The translations under genes were made by a program, and so were the position numbers. A DNA stretch of 64,000 nt from Gemmatimonadota bacterium (GTDB lineage Bacteria > Gemmatimonadota > Gemmatimonadetes > JACCXV01 > JAHWKZ01): assembly GCA_039591175.1 (NCBI GenBank), contig JBDHED010000001.1, positions 452 to 64,451 of the forward strand, in the 5' to 3' direction. The notes beneath the pieces were generated by a model. That model searched no databases. It saw only the letters and a list, made by a program, of their open reading frames with translations, and was not told the origin of the DNA. Position 1 is the stretch's first letter. Each line of letters opens with the position of its first letter. This document shows positions 38,308 to 46,859 of this stretch, piece after piece.

Positions 38308-38823
38308 CTAACCGCCTGTTAATCGGTCCAGCCACCTGCGCCAGCCCGATCCGCGGTCGGAGGCCTCGTTTCTCGAGCGCAGCAGTACCGACTCAAGGTC
38401 GTGGCCGATCACGATCGTCACATCGAGGAAGAGGGTCGAATCAGGACTTGCTTCAATCGGGACGCCTGGAAACAACGTCGCTACTTCCCGCGCCGCGGTC
38501 GAAGAGCCTACGCGATCGATGATGTGGGTGCGCTCATAGTCGAATCGGTCGGCGTTGCCGTAGTCGACCACATCGAACCCTCCGTCGCGCAAGAAGGTCG
38601 TCACCTTCCCAGCCGCACCCGATGCCCCCGAACCGTTGCGCACTTCGACTCGGATTCGGGACCGATCGATCGCTGGCACTGACTCACTGCTGTTCTGGTC
38701 GGGCCCAAGGCCCCCCTGTGCGCCAGCCCCGGTGTGCCGAGCGATCGTCGACATCAAAAACGTCCCCACCAAGGCCGCAAAGAGGGCGATCGCGCCGACC
38801 TCGAGGATCCCTCTTCGAAACAT
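38308..38823 (-). CDS. LytR_C (LytR/CpsA/Psr C-terminal) domain membrane-anchored protein
   Basis: N-terminal TM ILEVGAIALFAALVGTFLM. C-terminal ...RIRVEVRNGSGASGAAGKVTTFLRDGGFDVVDYGNADRFDYERTHI... is typical of PF13399. The start was taken at MFRRGIL because the ORF-track N-terminus overlaps the HD gene. Confidence 0.65.
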   Translation of the reverse strand: MFRRGILEVGAIALFAALVGTFLMSTIARHTGAGAQGGLGPDQNSSESVPAIDRSRIRVEVRNGSGASGAAGKVTTFLRDGGFDVVDYGNADRFDYERTHIIDRVGSSTAAREVATLFPGVPIEASPDSTLFLDVTIVIGHDLESVLLRSRNEASDRGSGWRRWLDRLTGG

Positions 38824-38834
38824 CCTCAACACCG

Positions 38835-39458
38835 CTAAGCCTGGGAGCGAGCGACGAGCGCAGCCAAACTCAACGGGTGAACTGCCCGGCCATGCTCGAC
38901 CATCCATTGCACTCGGTGGTTCAGCACTCGAGCCGCTGCGTGCTCGAGCCCCGCAGGGCCTTGTCCCGCGAGGACAATCAGAGAAGCGGTATCGATCTTC
39001 TCCGAGTGATCGCGCAGCGGTTCGCAGAAGTCTGCCACGTAGAGAAGCCAGCCAACCGTTCCCCAATCCGGATGGCCAGTCGGATGGTGTCGTACGGCGG
39101 TCAGGACCTCCTCGTCCTGCTCCGACCACTCTACAACCGCCCATGCGGCCGCTGCATGCGCGTGCAACAGTTTGGGCGCCTCGGTCGTAGCCCAACTATC
39201 CGGTTCTTGATCGACTGCGGCGATCCAACGCAGCCAATCCTCAACCGAGTCGGCCTTTAGCGCGTCGTGGTACCAAGCCGCACGGACCGCCGCCTCGATC
39301 ACGGTTTTCGGCCAATCGCCCTCGGCGCCCATTTCCGCGACGGTATCCGCTACCGAACGCACGTGCTCCCAACGATCGGTGGCGCCACGGCCTGTCAATC
39401 GGGCAGCGACGGCCTCTGGGAGTGAGGCGTGAGGGTTACTCTGTGCCTTGCTGGACAT
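38835..39458 (-). CDS. HD-superfamily phosphohydrolase (YqeK-like)
   Basis: ...RWEHVRSVADTVAEMG...AAVRAAWYHDALKAD...LHAHAAAAWAVVEW... shows the H...HD...H metal ligands of the HD domain. Confidence 0.6.
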   Translation of the reverse strand: MSSKAQSNPHASLPEAVAARLTGRGATDRWEHVRSVADTVAEMGAEGDWPKTVIEAAVRAAWYHDALKADSVEDWLRWIAAVDQEPDSWATTEAPKLLHAHAAAAWAVVEWSEQDEEVLTAVRHHPTGHPDWGTVGWLLYVADFCEPLRDHSEKIDTASLIVLAGQGPAGLEHAAARVLNHRVQWMVEHGRAVHPLSLAALVARSQA

Positions 39459-40461
39459 ACGGACCGATGATCGATTCATTCGGGACGTTCGTGCGGACGA
39501 TATGGTTCCATCCCCTGAGCTCAACTCCATCCCCAACGATGGCATCAAGCAGGTGTGAGAATGGCCCAATAACTGAGTTGGATCCGATAACGGATCGCCC
39601 TCCGATGATAACACCTGGGTGGACAACTGTATCCTGGCCAATGCGCACGCCAGCATCAATGAGCGAGGTCTCCGGAGCGAGAAAGGTGACCCCGGAACGC
39701 ATGAGTTGTTGACGGATGCGGTCGCGCAGTACCGCGTCCGCTATCGCTAGCTGTACTCGATCGTTGATACCCTGTATCTCCTGCTCGTCCTGCGCTTCAT
39801 ACAGGCGTCCGGGAGTACCGGCGGCGGACAATAGCTCCATGATGTCGGTCAGGTACCGCTCGCCTTGAGTATTGGCTATTCCCAACTGCGCCAGCAAAGG
39901 TTGCACGGTTGGCCAATGAAAACAGTACACGCCGGCATTGATCTGACGGATGGCCAGTGTATCGGCATCGGCATCTACTTCTTCAACGATAGCGGCGACG
40001 CGATGATCGCCGTCGGTGACAACGCGACCATACCCACTCGCGTCCTCGACTGTTGCCACGAGCATCGTGGCCGGAGTCTCGGTGCGGCGATGGTCATCGA
40101 CTAGCGCTCGCAGCAATTCCTCGGTCAAAAGCGGCGTGTCCCCACAACAAACCAGCACGTCACCGCCAAAGCCGTCGAGGTTTGGGACCGCGCATTCGAG
40201 TGCATGCCCGGTTCCTAGTGGCTCCTCTTGCACTGTCAACTCAACATTCTCTCGATCGGCTAGGACCGCGCGAACTCGATCGCCCTGGTAGCCGACCACA
40301 CAGACAATCCTCGTCGCACCCACCCGGCCAACGGTGTCAACCACATGTACGATCATCGGCCGGCCCGCCAATGGATGGAGGACCTTGACCAGTTCCGACT
40401 TCATCCTGGTCCCTCTGCCAGCCGCCAGGATGACCGCAGCTAGTGATCCGTTAGTCGACAT
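39436..40461 (-). CDS. glmU: GlmU-like sugar-1-phosphate uridylyltransferase with short, incomplete left-handed beta-helix (acetyltransferase) domain
   Basis: AVILAAGRGTRMKSELVKVLHPLAGRPMIVHVVDTV... matches the GlmU uridyltransferase domain. Only about 4 hexapeptide repeats (VHPGVIIGGRSVIGSNSVIGPFSHLLDAIVGDGVELRG...) precede the stop at 39436. Confidence 0.7.
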   Translation of the reverse strand: MSTNGSLAAVILAAGRGTRMKSELVKVLHPLAGRPMIVHVVDTVGRVGATRIVCVVGYQGDRVRAVLADRENVELTVQEEPLGTGHALECAVPNLDGFGGDVLVCCGDTPLLTEELLRALVDDHRRTETPATMLVATVEDASGYGRVVTDGDHRVAAIVEEVDADADTLAIRQINAGVYCFHWPTVQPLLAQLGIANTQGERYLTDIMELLSAAGTPGRLYEAQDEQEIQGINDRVQLAIADAVLRDRIRQQLMRSGVTFLAPETSLIDAGVRIGQDTVVHPGVIIGGRSVIGSNSVIGPFSHLLDAIVGDGVELRGWNHIVRTNVPNESIIGPYVQQGTE

Positions 40462-41311
40462 CGGATGTTAACCAGGCGTTGTCGATCAAGCGGGTCGAGC
40501 CGATTCTGGCCGCGACAGTAGCGAGCGCTCCGGGTACGACGAGTTCCAGCGGCTGAAATGAATGGCCATCGACCACCGCCGCGTACTCGACGCTTATCTT
40601 TTTGTCGGACGAAAGCACACTGTGCATCGCGGCCTCCAGTTGGCCCACGTCTCGCTCGCCTGCGGTGACCAACTCTCGCGCGCGGCCAAGCGCAGCGTAC
40701 AATCGAGTCGCAGACTCACGCTCCGGGGGGCTCAGAAAGACATTGCGGCTCGAGCACGCCAGGCCATCCTCCTCCCTGACCGTAGGCGCAACCACGATCT
40801 CCACCGGGATCGCCAAATCAGACACCATTCTGCCGATCGCCGCGGCTTGCTGAGCGTCCTTCTGGCCGAACACCGCGACATCTGGCTGAACGATCTGGAA
40901 CAGTTTCATCACCACGGTCAGGACACCATCGAAATGCCCCGGACGAGCGGCGCCTTCGAGCCCGTCGGTCACACCACGCATTGTGACGCGGGTAACCGGG
41001 GTTTGGGCGTACATCTCGTCCTCCTCGGGTGCGAACACCAGATCGACTCCGCGATCCGCGCACAGTTCGAGGTCCCGATCCAGATCCCTGGGGTAGGTCT
41101 CGAAATCGTCGGCCGGCCCGAATTGTAACGGGTTGACGAACACCGACACGACGATGCAATCGGACGACTCTCTCGCCCGGTCGATCAGCGATAAGTGCCC
41201 ACGGTGGAGGTGACCCATGGTTGGGACGAACCCGATCCGCTTCCCGGCCTCGCGCTCGGACTCAAGAGCGCGGCGACACTCCGAGATCGAATTGACACAC
41301 GACGGGGTTAC
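40451..41311 (-). CDS. panC: Pantoate--beta-alanine ligase
   Basis: ...IGFVPTMGHLHRGHLSLIDRARESSDCIVVSVFVNPLQFGPADDFETYPRDLDRDLELCADRGVDLVFAPE... The start was placed near a GTG at ~41311; the long N-terminal extension in the track was judged spurious. Confidence 0.9.
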   Translation of the reverse strand, partial: VTPSCVNSISECRRALESEREAGKRIGFVPTMGHLHRGHLSLIDRARESSDCIVVSVFVNPLQFGPADDFETYPRDLDRDLELCADRGVDLVFAPEEDEMYAQTPVTRVTMRGVTDGLEGAARPGHFDGVLTVVMKLFQIVQPDVAVFGQKDAQQAAAIGRMVSDLAIPVEIVVAPTVREEDGLACSSRNVFLSPPERESATRLYAALGRARELVTAGERDVGQLEAAMHSVLSSDKKISVEYAAVVDGHSFQPLELVVPGALATVAARIGSTRLIDNAWLTSDVD

Positions 41312-42105
41312 TCGAACGATTCTGCTTCTCCCGGAAATCGTCCAGCTCGGACATCGGTCACGAAATCCTCGAGAGCGCCTGCAATGACTTGGTCGAGGTC
41401 GGCATAACGGCGGACAAATTTCGGTTTGAAGTCGGGCGTCATTCCCAGAACGTCGTGGGTGACCAAGATCTGGCCGTCGGTTTCTGGACCCGCCCCTATA
41501 CCGAGCGTGATCGCCGGGATCTTGGCGGTCACCCGGGTACCGAGATCGCGCGGGATCTTCTCCAGCACGATCGCGAAGCAACCGGCTTCGGAAAGCGCCA
41601 TCGCATCGGCCACCAGTTCGTCCCCCGATGCCTTATCTGCGGCCCGCAAGCCGTAACCACCGAACGCATGAATCGATTGCGGCGTAAGACCGAGGTGGCC
41701 CATAACGGGGATGCCGATTTCGGTCAACCGGCGGATCGTTTCGGCCAATCGAGCACCGCCTTCGAGCTTGACTCCCTGGGCGCCCGTCTCTTTCATCACT
41801 CGGCCCGCGTTGCGGAGCGTGTCCTCCGGTGAGATCTGAAACGAGAGGAATGGCATGTCGACGACCAGGAAAACATCCGGAGCGCCGCGTCGGGCGGCGC
41901 GAGCGTGATAGATCATCTCGTCGAGGGTCGCTGGCAGCGTCGAGTCGTGACCGCCAAAAACTTGGGCCACGCTGTCTCCAACCAGAATCCCGTCGACCTG
42001 TGCCTGGGCCACATAGCGAGCCAGCATCCAATCGTAGGCGGTGAGGAAGACGATTCTCTCGCCATCCGCCTTCATGCGGCTGAAGGTGTTTACGCTCACG
42101 CCCAT
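41308..42105 (-). CDS. panB: 3-methyl-2-oxobutanoate hydroxymethyltransferase
   Basis: ...RMKADGERIVFLTAYDWMLARYVAQAQVDGILVGDSVAQVFGGHDSTLPATLDEMIYHARAARRGAP... Confidence 0.9.
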   Translation of the reverse strand: MGVSVNTFSRMKADGERIVFLTAYDWMLARYVAQAQVDGILVGDSVAQVFGGHDSTLPATLDEMIYHARAARRGAPDVFLVVDMPFLSFQISPEDTLRNAGRVMKETGAQGVKLEGGARLAETIRRLTEIGIPVMGHLGLTPQSIHAFGGYGLRAADKASGDELVADAMALSEAGCFAIVLEKIPRDLGTRVTAKIPAITLGIGAGPETDGQILVTHDVLGMTPDFKPKFVRRYADLDQVIAGALEDFVTDVRAGRFPGEAESFE

Positions 42106-42578
42106 TGTCGTTGCGCCTCGACGTGGGATGGCGGGAGCTCTGGCAATTGAGCTGCGGGCACTCCAACCTGACGGCACAGTTCGATAAAAAAGGTGCGCTG
42201 GGCGAGCCTCGGATGAGGAATCGTCAATCCGGGTGCATCTATTTGGATGTCTCCGTACAAGAGGATGTCGATATCAATCGTCCGTGGCCCACCGCGCGGA
42301 ACAGACTCGCGGTCGCGTCCCATCTGTTGCTCGATCTTGAGACACGTTTCGAGCAACTGGCGCGGTTCCAGCGTGGTATCCAACCCGATCACCTGATTCA
42401 GAAAATCTGGTTGTTCCAGATAGTCAACCGGGGTGGTTTCAGCGACCGCGGAACACGAGACCATGCGAATACCGTCGACGGCGAGCAACGACGCTCGCGC
42501 TCGGCCCAGGTTCTTTGCCCGGTCGCCGAGGTTGGCGCCCAGGCTCAGGTAGGTTCTCACATGATGTGTCGGCGTCAT
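42096..42578 (-). CDS. folK: 2-amino-4-hydroxy-6-hydroxymethyldihydropteridine pyrophosphokinase
   Basis: ...VRTYLSLGANLGDRAKNLGRARASL...GPRTIDIDILLYGD... Confidence 0.88.
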   Translation of the reverse strand: MTPTHHVRTYLSLGANLGDRAKNLGRARASLLAVDGIRMVSCSAVAETTPVDYLEQPDFLNQVIGLDTTLEPRQLLETCLKIEQQMGRDRESVPRGGPRTIDIDILLYGDIQIDAPGLTIPHPRLAQRTFFIELCRQVGVPAAQLPELPPSHVEAQRQWA

Positions 42579-42937
42579 GGCCGGCAAACCTCGACTTCTA
42601 CTCGATCCACGGGCCCTGGCAACGCCGCCCAGGGTTTACGGCAGCAGATTCGGACCTTCTCGACCCGTTCGAGGGCGATCACTCGATCTGCGATTCGCGC
42701 GCAGAGCGTTTCCAGTAGACGCGGCGCATGCTCCGGATCGTCGCTGATCGTATCGCGAACCGCCTGGTATACCTGCCGATAGTCGATGCCCACGGTCAGC
42801 GAATCGGTATCGGCTGATTCGTCGAGATCGGCCATCACCTCCACGTCGACCTCGATTGGCTGGAGCATCTCCCGTTCGTGCGGCAGGTCCCCGACCATGG
42901 CGTGGAACCGGATCCCGAGGAGCCGAATCGAGTCCAT
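42575..42937 (-). CDS. folB: Dihydroneopterin aldolase
   Basis: MDSIRLLGIRFHAMVGDLPHEREMLQPIEVDVEV...VDYRQVYQAV... Confidence 0.85.
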   Translation of the reverse strand: MDSIRLLGIRFHAMVGDLPHEREMLQPIEVDVEVMADLDESADTDSLTVGIDYRQVYQAVRDTISDDPEHAPRLLETLCARIADRVIALERVEKVRICCRKPWAALPGPVDRVEVEVCRP

Positions 42938-42940
42938 CTA

Positions 42941-45900
42941 TCAGCGAGCGACGAGCACGCGAATGGTCTGCTCGGCGCCACCGGTGACCAATCGCACCAC
43001 GTAGACGCCGGCTGGTACAAATACGCCCGAATCGGCTTGACCATCCCAGGTGGCGGCTTGTTCCCCGGCGATAACGTCGCCGTCAACGAGTGTTCGCACG
43101 CGCTGACCCAACAAGTCGTAGACGATCAACTCCACCCGGGCAGCGCCGCCAATTCCCGTTACGGTAAACGGTATGGTGGTCTGTTGGCCGATTCTGAACG
43201 GGTTCGGGAAGTTCTGATCGAGTGCGATCGCAGTAGGTGGTGGTGGCGGTGGTGGTGGCGGAACGCCGAGCACCCGATTGAAGTACGCCTCGCGGGCAGA
43301 CTCCGCCGCGGCCTGAAGGGCCGGGCGATCGGCTCCAGCGACCAACGCCACAGCTACGGTGTCTGAAGCGCCAACGCCCAGTGTCAAGGGGCCACGGCCA
43401 ATGATCTGAAAAGCGTCTTGTGGTTGTGTTACGCTAGTTTGCGTTTGTCCGCTTGTGAGGGCGTTCCACTTCTCTTGGTCTGAGAACTCTCCGCTGAACA
43501 AATCCGGCGCCTCGGCCGGAACGAGTGCCGTGCCCGGATTGCCGACGGTGCTGCTGACGATCTCCGCGCGCGTAAGCGCCGCAAATGAGATCTGTGCCAG
43601 CGGTGCATCGTCGAGCCAAACCACGCCCAGCGCCGGCTGACCAACCTGGGTTCCTGCGACGAGACCCAACCGACGCGACGGGTCCCAATCGACCGTTTCG
43701 GCGACGCCACCTGACCCGTCAGGTAGGTCCCAATCGGCAAACAGCCCGGCGCGCAAGCCGCCTATCGTCTGCGATGACGTGTTCGTGAGTACAAACTGAA
43801 GCAACACGAAGGTGTCTTCGCCCTGCTCGGCGAACGCAAAACTCTCCTGACGCACGTCCACACCCAGTGGCGCCAACGCATGACGGTCGTCATAGCGTGC
43901 GGTGATGCGTTGACCACCTGCCGCTTCGTCTACGACCATCGGCGAGCCGGCCAACGGGAACCAGTCGGTAGCGTTTTGCGTGTCCTCGCCATACGGGACG
44001 TCGTCCGAGAGTTGGTTGGCGCCGACGCCGACCATCAGGCCGGCATGAAAGAGCCAATTCTCGCTCGTTACCGGGAACCGAAAACCGTTGCCACGTAGCA
44101 AGAAGCCACTCTGATGGATTCCGGTGTAGAAACCGAAGCCCCCAAAGTTGGTGACCGTCAGCCGAACCTGACCCCGATCATGAGTCGCGAACGTTCCCTC
44201 CACCGGATCGCCAGCCTTGAGGATCATTCGGAAGGGACCGATCTGCGCGCCCTGGATCGTCATATCCAACACGATATCCGCACCTGGGCTTACTGACGTT
44301 CCTACATCGACCCCAAACGTCGAGCTATCGACCGGCTCGAATACGCCCCCCGGACCAGCAGGGGTCAACGGGATCGACGACCGAGTGATAGTGATTCCCG
44401 CCGTCGGACTCGACAACACGGCGGTTGTCTGTGGCACCGAAGCACCGTGGTTCGTGAGCAGCGGGATCAGACTCACGCTCGTGCCGGGCCGCAAAACGAG
44501 CGCATCCTCAATACCGGACAACCCGAACTTGGCAGCGCTCGCCGGCTCGGTGAACCCGACCAAGCGCGCGATTTGCTGACTGGGTCTGTCGACCCTCGCC
44601 AGTGCGGCTTCGGCGTCGACCAGCCCCTCCCCGGAGTCGTTGTCGTCGCCGGGGATACCTAGATCGACGGCAGTGTCGAGCAGGATCGTCTTGGCACTCT
44701 CGGGTGTGATGTTGGGATCCTTTGAGCGCATCAGCGCCAACACCCCGGCGACCAGGGGTGTCGAGAACGAGGTCCCGCTCACCGACCGAAAATCGTTGAA
44801 CAAACCGCGACTGATAACGCTTTCCCCTCGGGCCACGACCTCCGGCTTGGTGGCGTTTGGACCGCCACACGCTGACGGGCCGCGACCCGACGATGACGCG
44901 ACGACGTTGCCCTCGTCGACGGACCCGACCGCGAACGCGTTGACCCGTGAATCGGCACGGCTTGCCGGCGAGGTCACCCCTTGTTGACCCTCGTTTCCGG
45001 CCGACCAGACGACGATCGGCCCGGCCGCCTCCAGCGCGTCGATCGCGTCGTCGAAGATCGTGTCGCAGACCAGCTGACCCGCATCGTCCGTGTTCGTCAA
45101 ACCATACGAGTTGCTCACCACGTCCGGCACGTCGCCTCGCGTCGCCGGGTCACCGTCGGGGTCGCTAAGCCACTCGAAGATCTTGATCACGTTGGAGACG
45201 AATCCCTCGCCATTCTCGAAGGCGTCGCCTGCTATCCATGTAGCGTCAAACGCGACTCCGTATGTCTGGTTGCCCCCGGTTATCAGGCCCATCGTCGAGG
45301 TCCCATGGCCAGCACCAATCGAAAAGTCGTCTTCTGGGAACACGGAAAGCGATACCGGTGCAAGCCAGCCCGCGTCACTGCCAGCGAAGCGGCCCCTCCA
45401 ACGATCACCAAAGGTGTCATCGTCACCGTTGACCCCAGAATCGACATTGGCCACGATCGCACCCCGCCCCGTCACGCCCTGGGCCCAAACCTGGGGTACG
45501 TTGAGTTGCTCGAGCTGCTCCTCTGGTACAGATAGTCGATCCGCTTTGACCGGCGTGGAACGGAAGTCCTCGCCCAAGGTCAGGCGTCGATCCGGGACGA
45601 CCTCGGCGATTGTCGCGTGGGCCTCGAGTCGCGCCTTCCACTCGGGGTCTATTTCGGCGACAACCGCGTTGATGATCCATAGCCGATCGATCTCGACTAG
45701 TGCACCCGCGCGCGTTGCTTCGTCGAGCGGTTGCCGAGCCGCCGTAGCCGAGCGGGCATGAATCGCCTTGAGCCCGACGATCGCTCGCCGGTGGCGGAGG
45801 TCGAGCGTTACTCCCCTTCTCCGAACATCGGTCAGCAAGTTCGCTCGCGCTCCAACCGGGTCCGCCAGCCGGATGATGACTCGTTCGCGCGCGCTATCGG

Positions 45901-45976
45901 GCGCCGGGCTTGCAGCCAGGCCGATTGCACTGGCGATCCCCAGAACCGCCCACCACCGAGATTGATTTGAGTTCAC
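42941..45976 (-). CDS. Secreted subtilisin-like serine protease (peptidase S8) with C-terminal T9SS/Por-type sorting domain
   Basis: Signal peptide MNSNQSRWWAVLGIASAIGLAAS. S8 catalytic triad regions: VANVDSGVN (Asp), HGTSTMGLITGG (His), GTSFSTPLVAGVLALM (Ser). A Pro9 run. C-terminal ...LDQNFPNPFRIGQQTTIPFTV...VELIVYDLLGQRVRTLVDGDVIAGEQAATWDGQADSGVFVPAGVYVVRLVTGGAEQTIRVLVAR matches the Por_Secre_tail / FlgD-Ig-like consensus. Confidence 0.85.
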   Translation of the reverse strand: MNSNQSRWWAVLGIASAIGLAASPAPDSARERVIIRLADPVGARANLLTDVRRRGVTLDLRHRRAIVGLKAIHARSATAARQPLDEATRAGALVEIDRLWIINAVVAEIDPEWKARLEAHATIAEVVPDRRLTLGEDFRSTPVKADRLSVPEEQLEQLNVPQVWAQGVTGRGAIVANVDSGVNGDDDTFGDRWRGRFAGSDAGWLAPVSLSVFPEDDFSIGAGHGTSTMGLITGGNQTYGVAFDATWIAGDAFENGEGFVSNVIKIFEWLSDPDGDPATRGDVPDVVSNSYGLTNTDDAGQLVCDTIFDDAIDALEAAGPIVVWSAGNEGQQGVTSPASRADSRVNAFAVGSVDEGNVVASSSGRGPSACGGPNATKPEVVARGESVISRGLFNDFRSVSGTSFSTPLVAGVLALMRSKDPNITPESAKTILLDTAVDLGIPGDDNDSGEGLVDAEAALARVDRPSQQIARLVGFTEPASAAKFGLSGIEDALVLRPGTSVSLIPLLTNHGASVPQTTAVLSSPTAGITITRSSIPLTPAGPGGVFEPVDSSTFGVDVGTSVSPGADIVLDMTIQGAQIGPFRMILKAGDPVEGTFATHDRGQVRLTVTNFGGFGFYTGIHQSGFLLRGNGFRFPVTSENWLFHAGLMVGVGANQLSDDVPYGEDTQNATDWFPLAGSPMVVDEAAGGQRITARYDDRHALAPLGVDVRQESFAFAEQGEDTFVLLQFVLTNTSSQTIGGLRAGLFADWDLPDGSGGVAETVDWDPSRRLGLVAGTQVGQPALGVVWLDDAPLAQISFAALTRAEIVSSTVGNPGTALVPAEAPDLFSGEFSDQEKWNALTSGQTQTSVTQPQDAFQIIGRGPLTLGVGASDTVAVALVAGADRPALQAAAESAREAYFNRVLGVPPPPPPPPPTAIALDQNFPNPFRIGQQTTIPFTVTGIGGAARVELIVYDLLGQRVRTLVDGDVIAGEQAATWDGQADSGVFVPAGVYVVRLVTGGAEQTIRVLVAR

Positions 45977-46782
45977 AGCAGCTCCAGTTGGACATCGCTG
46001 TATCCACCGGCTCGAATGCGAGCCAGGCTCTGTAACCCGGCTTCGACCGGCATCTCGATCACCTTTATCGCGTCGGGCGCGTAGCGGAACAGGTTCTCGA
46101 ACACAGTTCTCCAGTCGATCGCCCCATCACCGAGCAGTAGATGATCGTCTGAGAAGGTATCTGTGTCATGTAGGTGAACCTCGCGGATGTCAGTTCCAAG
46201 CTCCCGCCACCACGTATCGAGCGAGGCGCTTCCAAAGATATGAACGTGGGCAACGTCTAGGGTGAAGCCAACGTGTCGCGCGTCAAGCTGATCTCGGATA
46301 TCAAGTAACACGCGAGGTGTCGGCTCGAACATGTTCTCAAACAATAACGTAATGCCGGCATCGGCCGCGAGACCGACAAGCCGCTCCCAGACCGGGAGGC
46401 TGAGCGCCATCCATCCCGGGAGCGTCGACTCTGGCAGCAGCGGCAAGTACCCGGTATGGAAGTTGGCGTGTCGGGCTCCCAACGCGCTGGCCACGTTGAT
46501 CGCCCGCTCCCAGCATAGTCGCGTGTGTTTGCGGATGACGGGGTCCAGGCTGCCCGGGTTGAGGTCGAAGATCGGGGCGTGGACCGAGACCTCCACCCCG
46601 CGCTGGGCTAGCTCGTCGCCGAGTTTTCTGACCCCCGTGGTTTTATCCAGACTGAGCAACCACTCAGTGTCGTAGAGCGTGATTTCGACGCCCAAATCCC
46701 GCTCGGCCAGTCGATCGAGCTGACGGCTGACATCGGAGAAGGAGGTGCTGAGCGCGAACCGCTGTGCCATGAAGAGCGCCAA
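45973..46782 (-). CDS. Sugar phosphate isomerase/epimerase (xylose-isomerase-like TIM barrel, AP endonuclease 2 family)
   Basis: ...VEVSVHAPIFDLNPGSLDP...ALGARHANFHTG...ITLLFENMFEP...HVGFTLDVAHVHIFG... Confidence 0.7.
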   Translation of the reverse strand: MALFMAQRFALSTSFSDVSRQLDRLAERDLGVEITLYDTEWLLSLDKTTGVRKLGDELAQRGVEVSVHAPIFDLNPGSLDPVIRKHTRLCWERAINVASALGARHANFHTGYLPLLPESTLPGWMALSLPVWERLVGLAADAGITLLFENMFEPTPRVLLDIRDQLDARHVGFTLDVAHVHIFGSASLDTWWRELGTDIREVHLHDTDTFSDDHLLLGDGAIDWRTVFENLFRYAPDAIKVIEMPVEAGLQSLARIRAGGYSDVQLELL

Positions 46783-46859
46783 TCTACCGGCCCCTTTTGG
46801 CCCTCGTCCAGCAGATTCCTGATTCTATCGTTTGGCTAGCGCCGACTGCTGCCTAGGTA

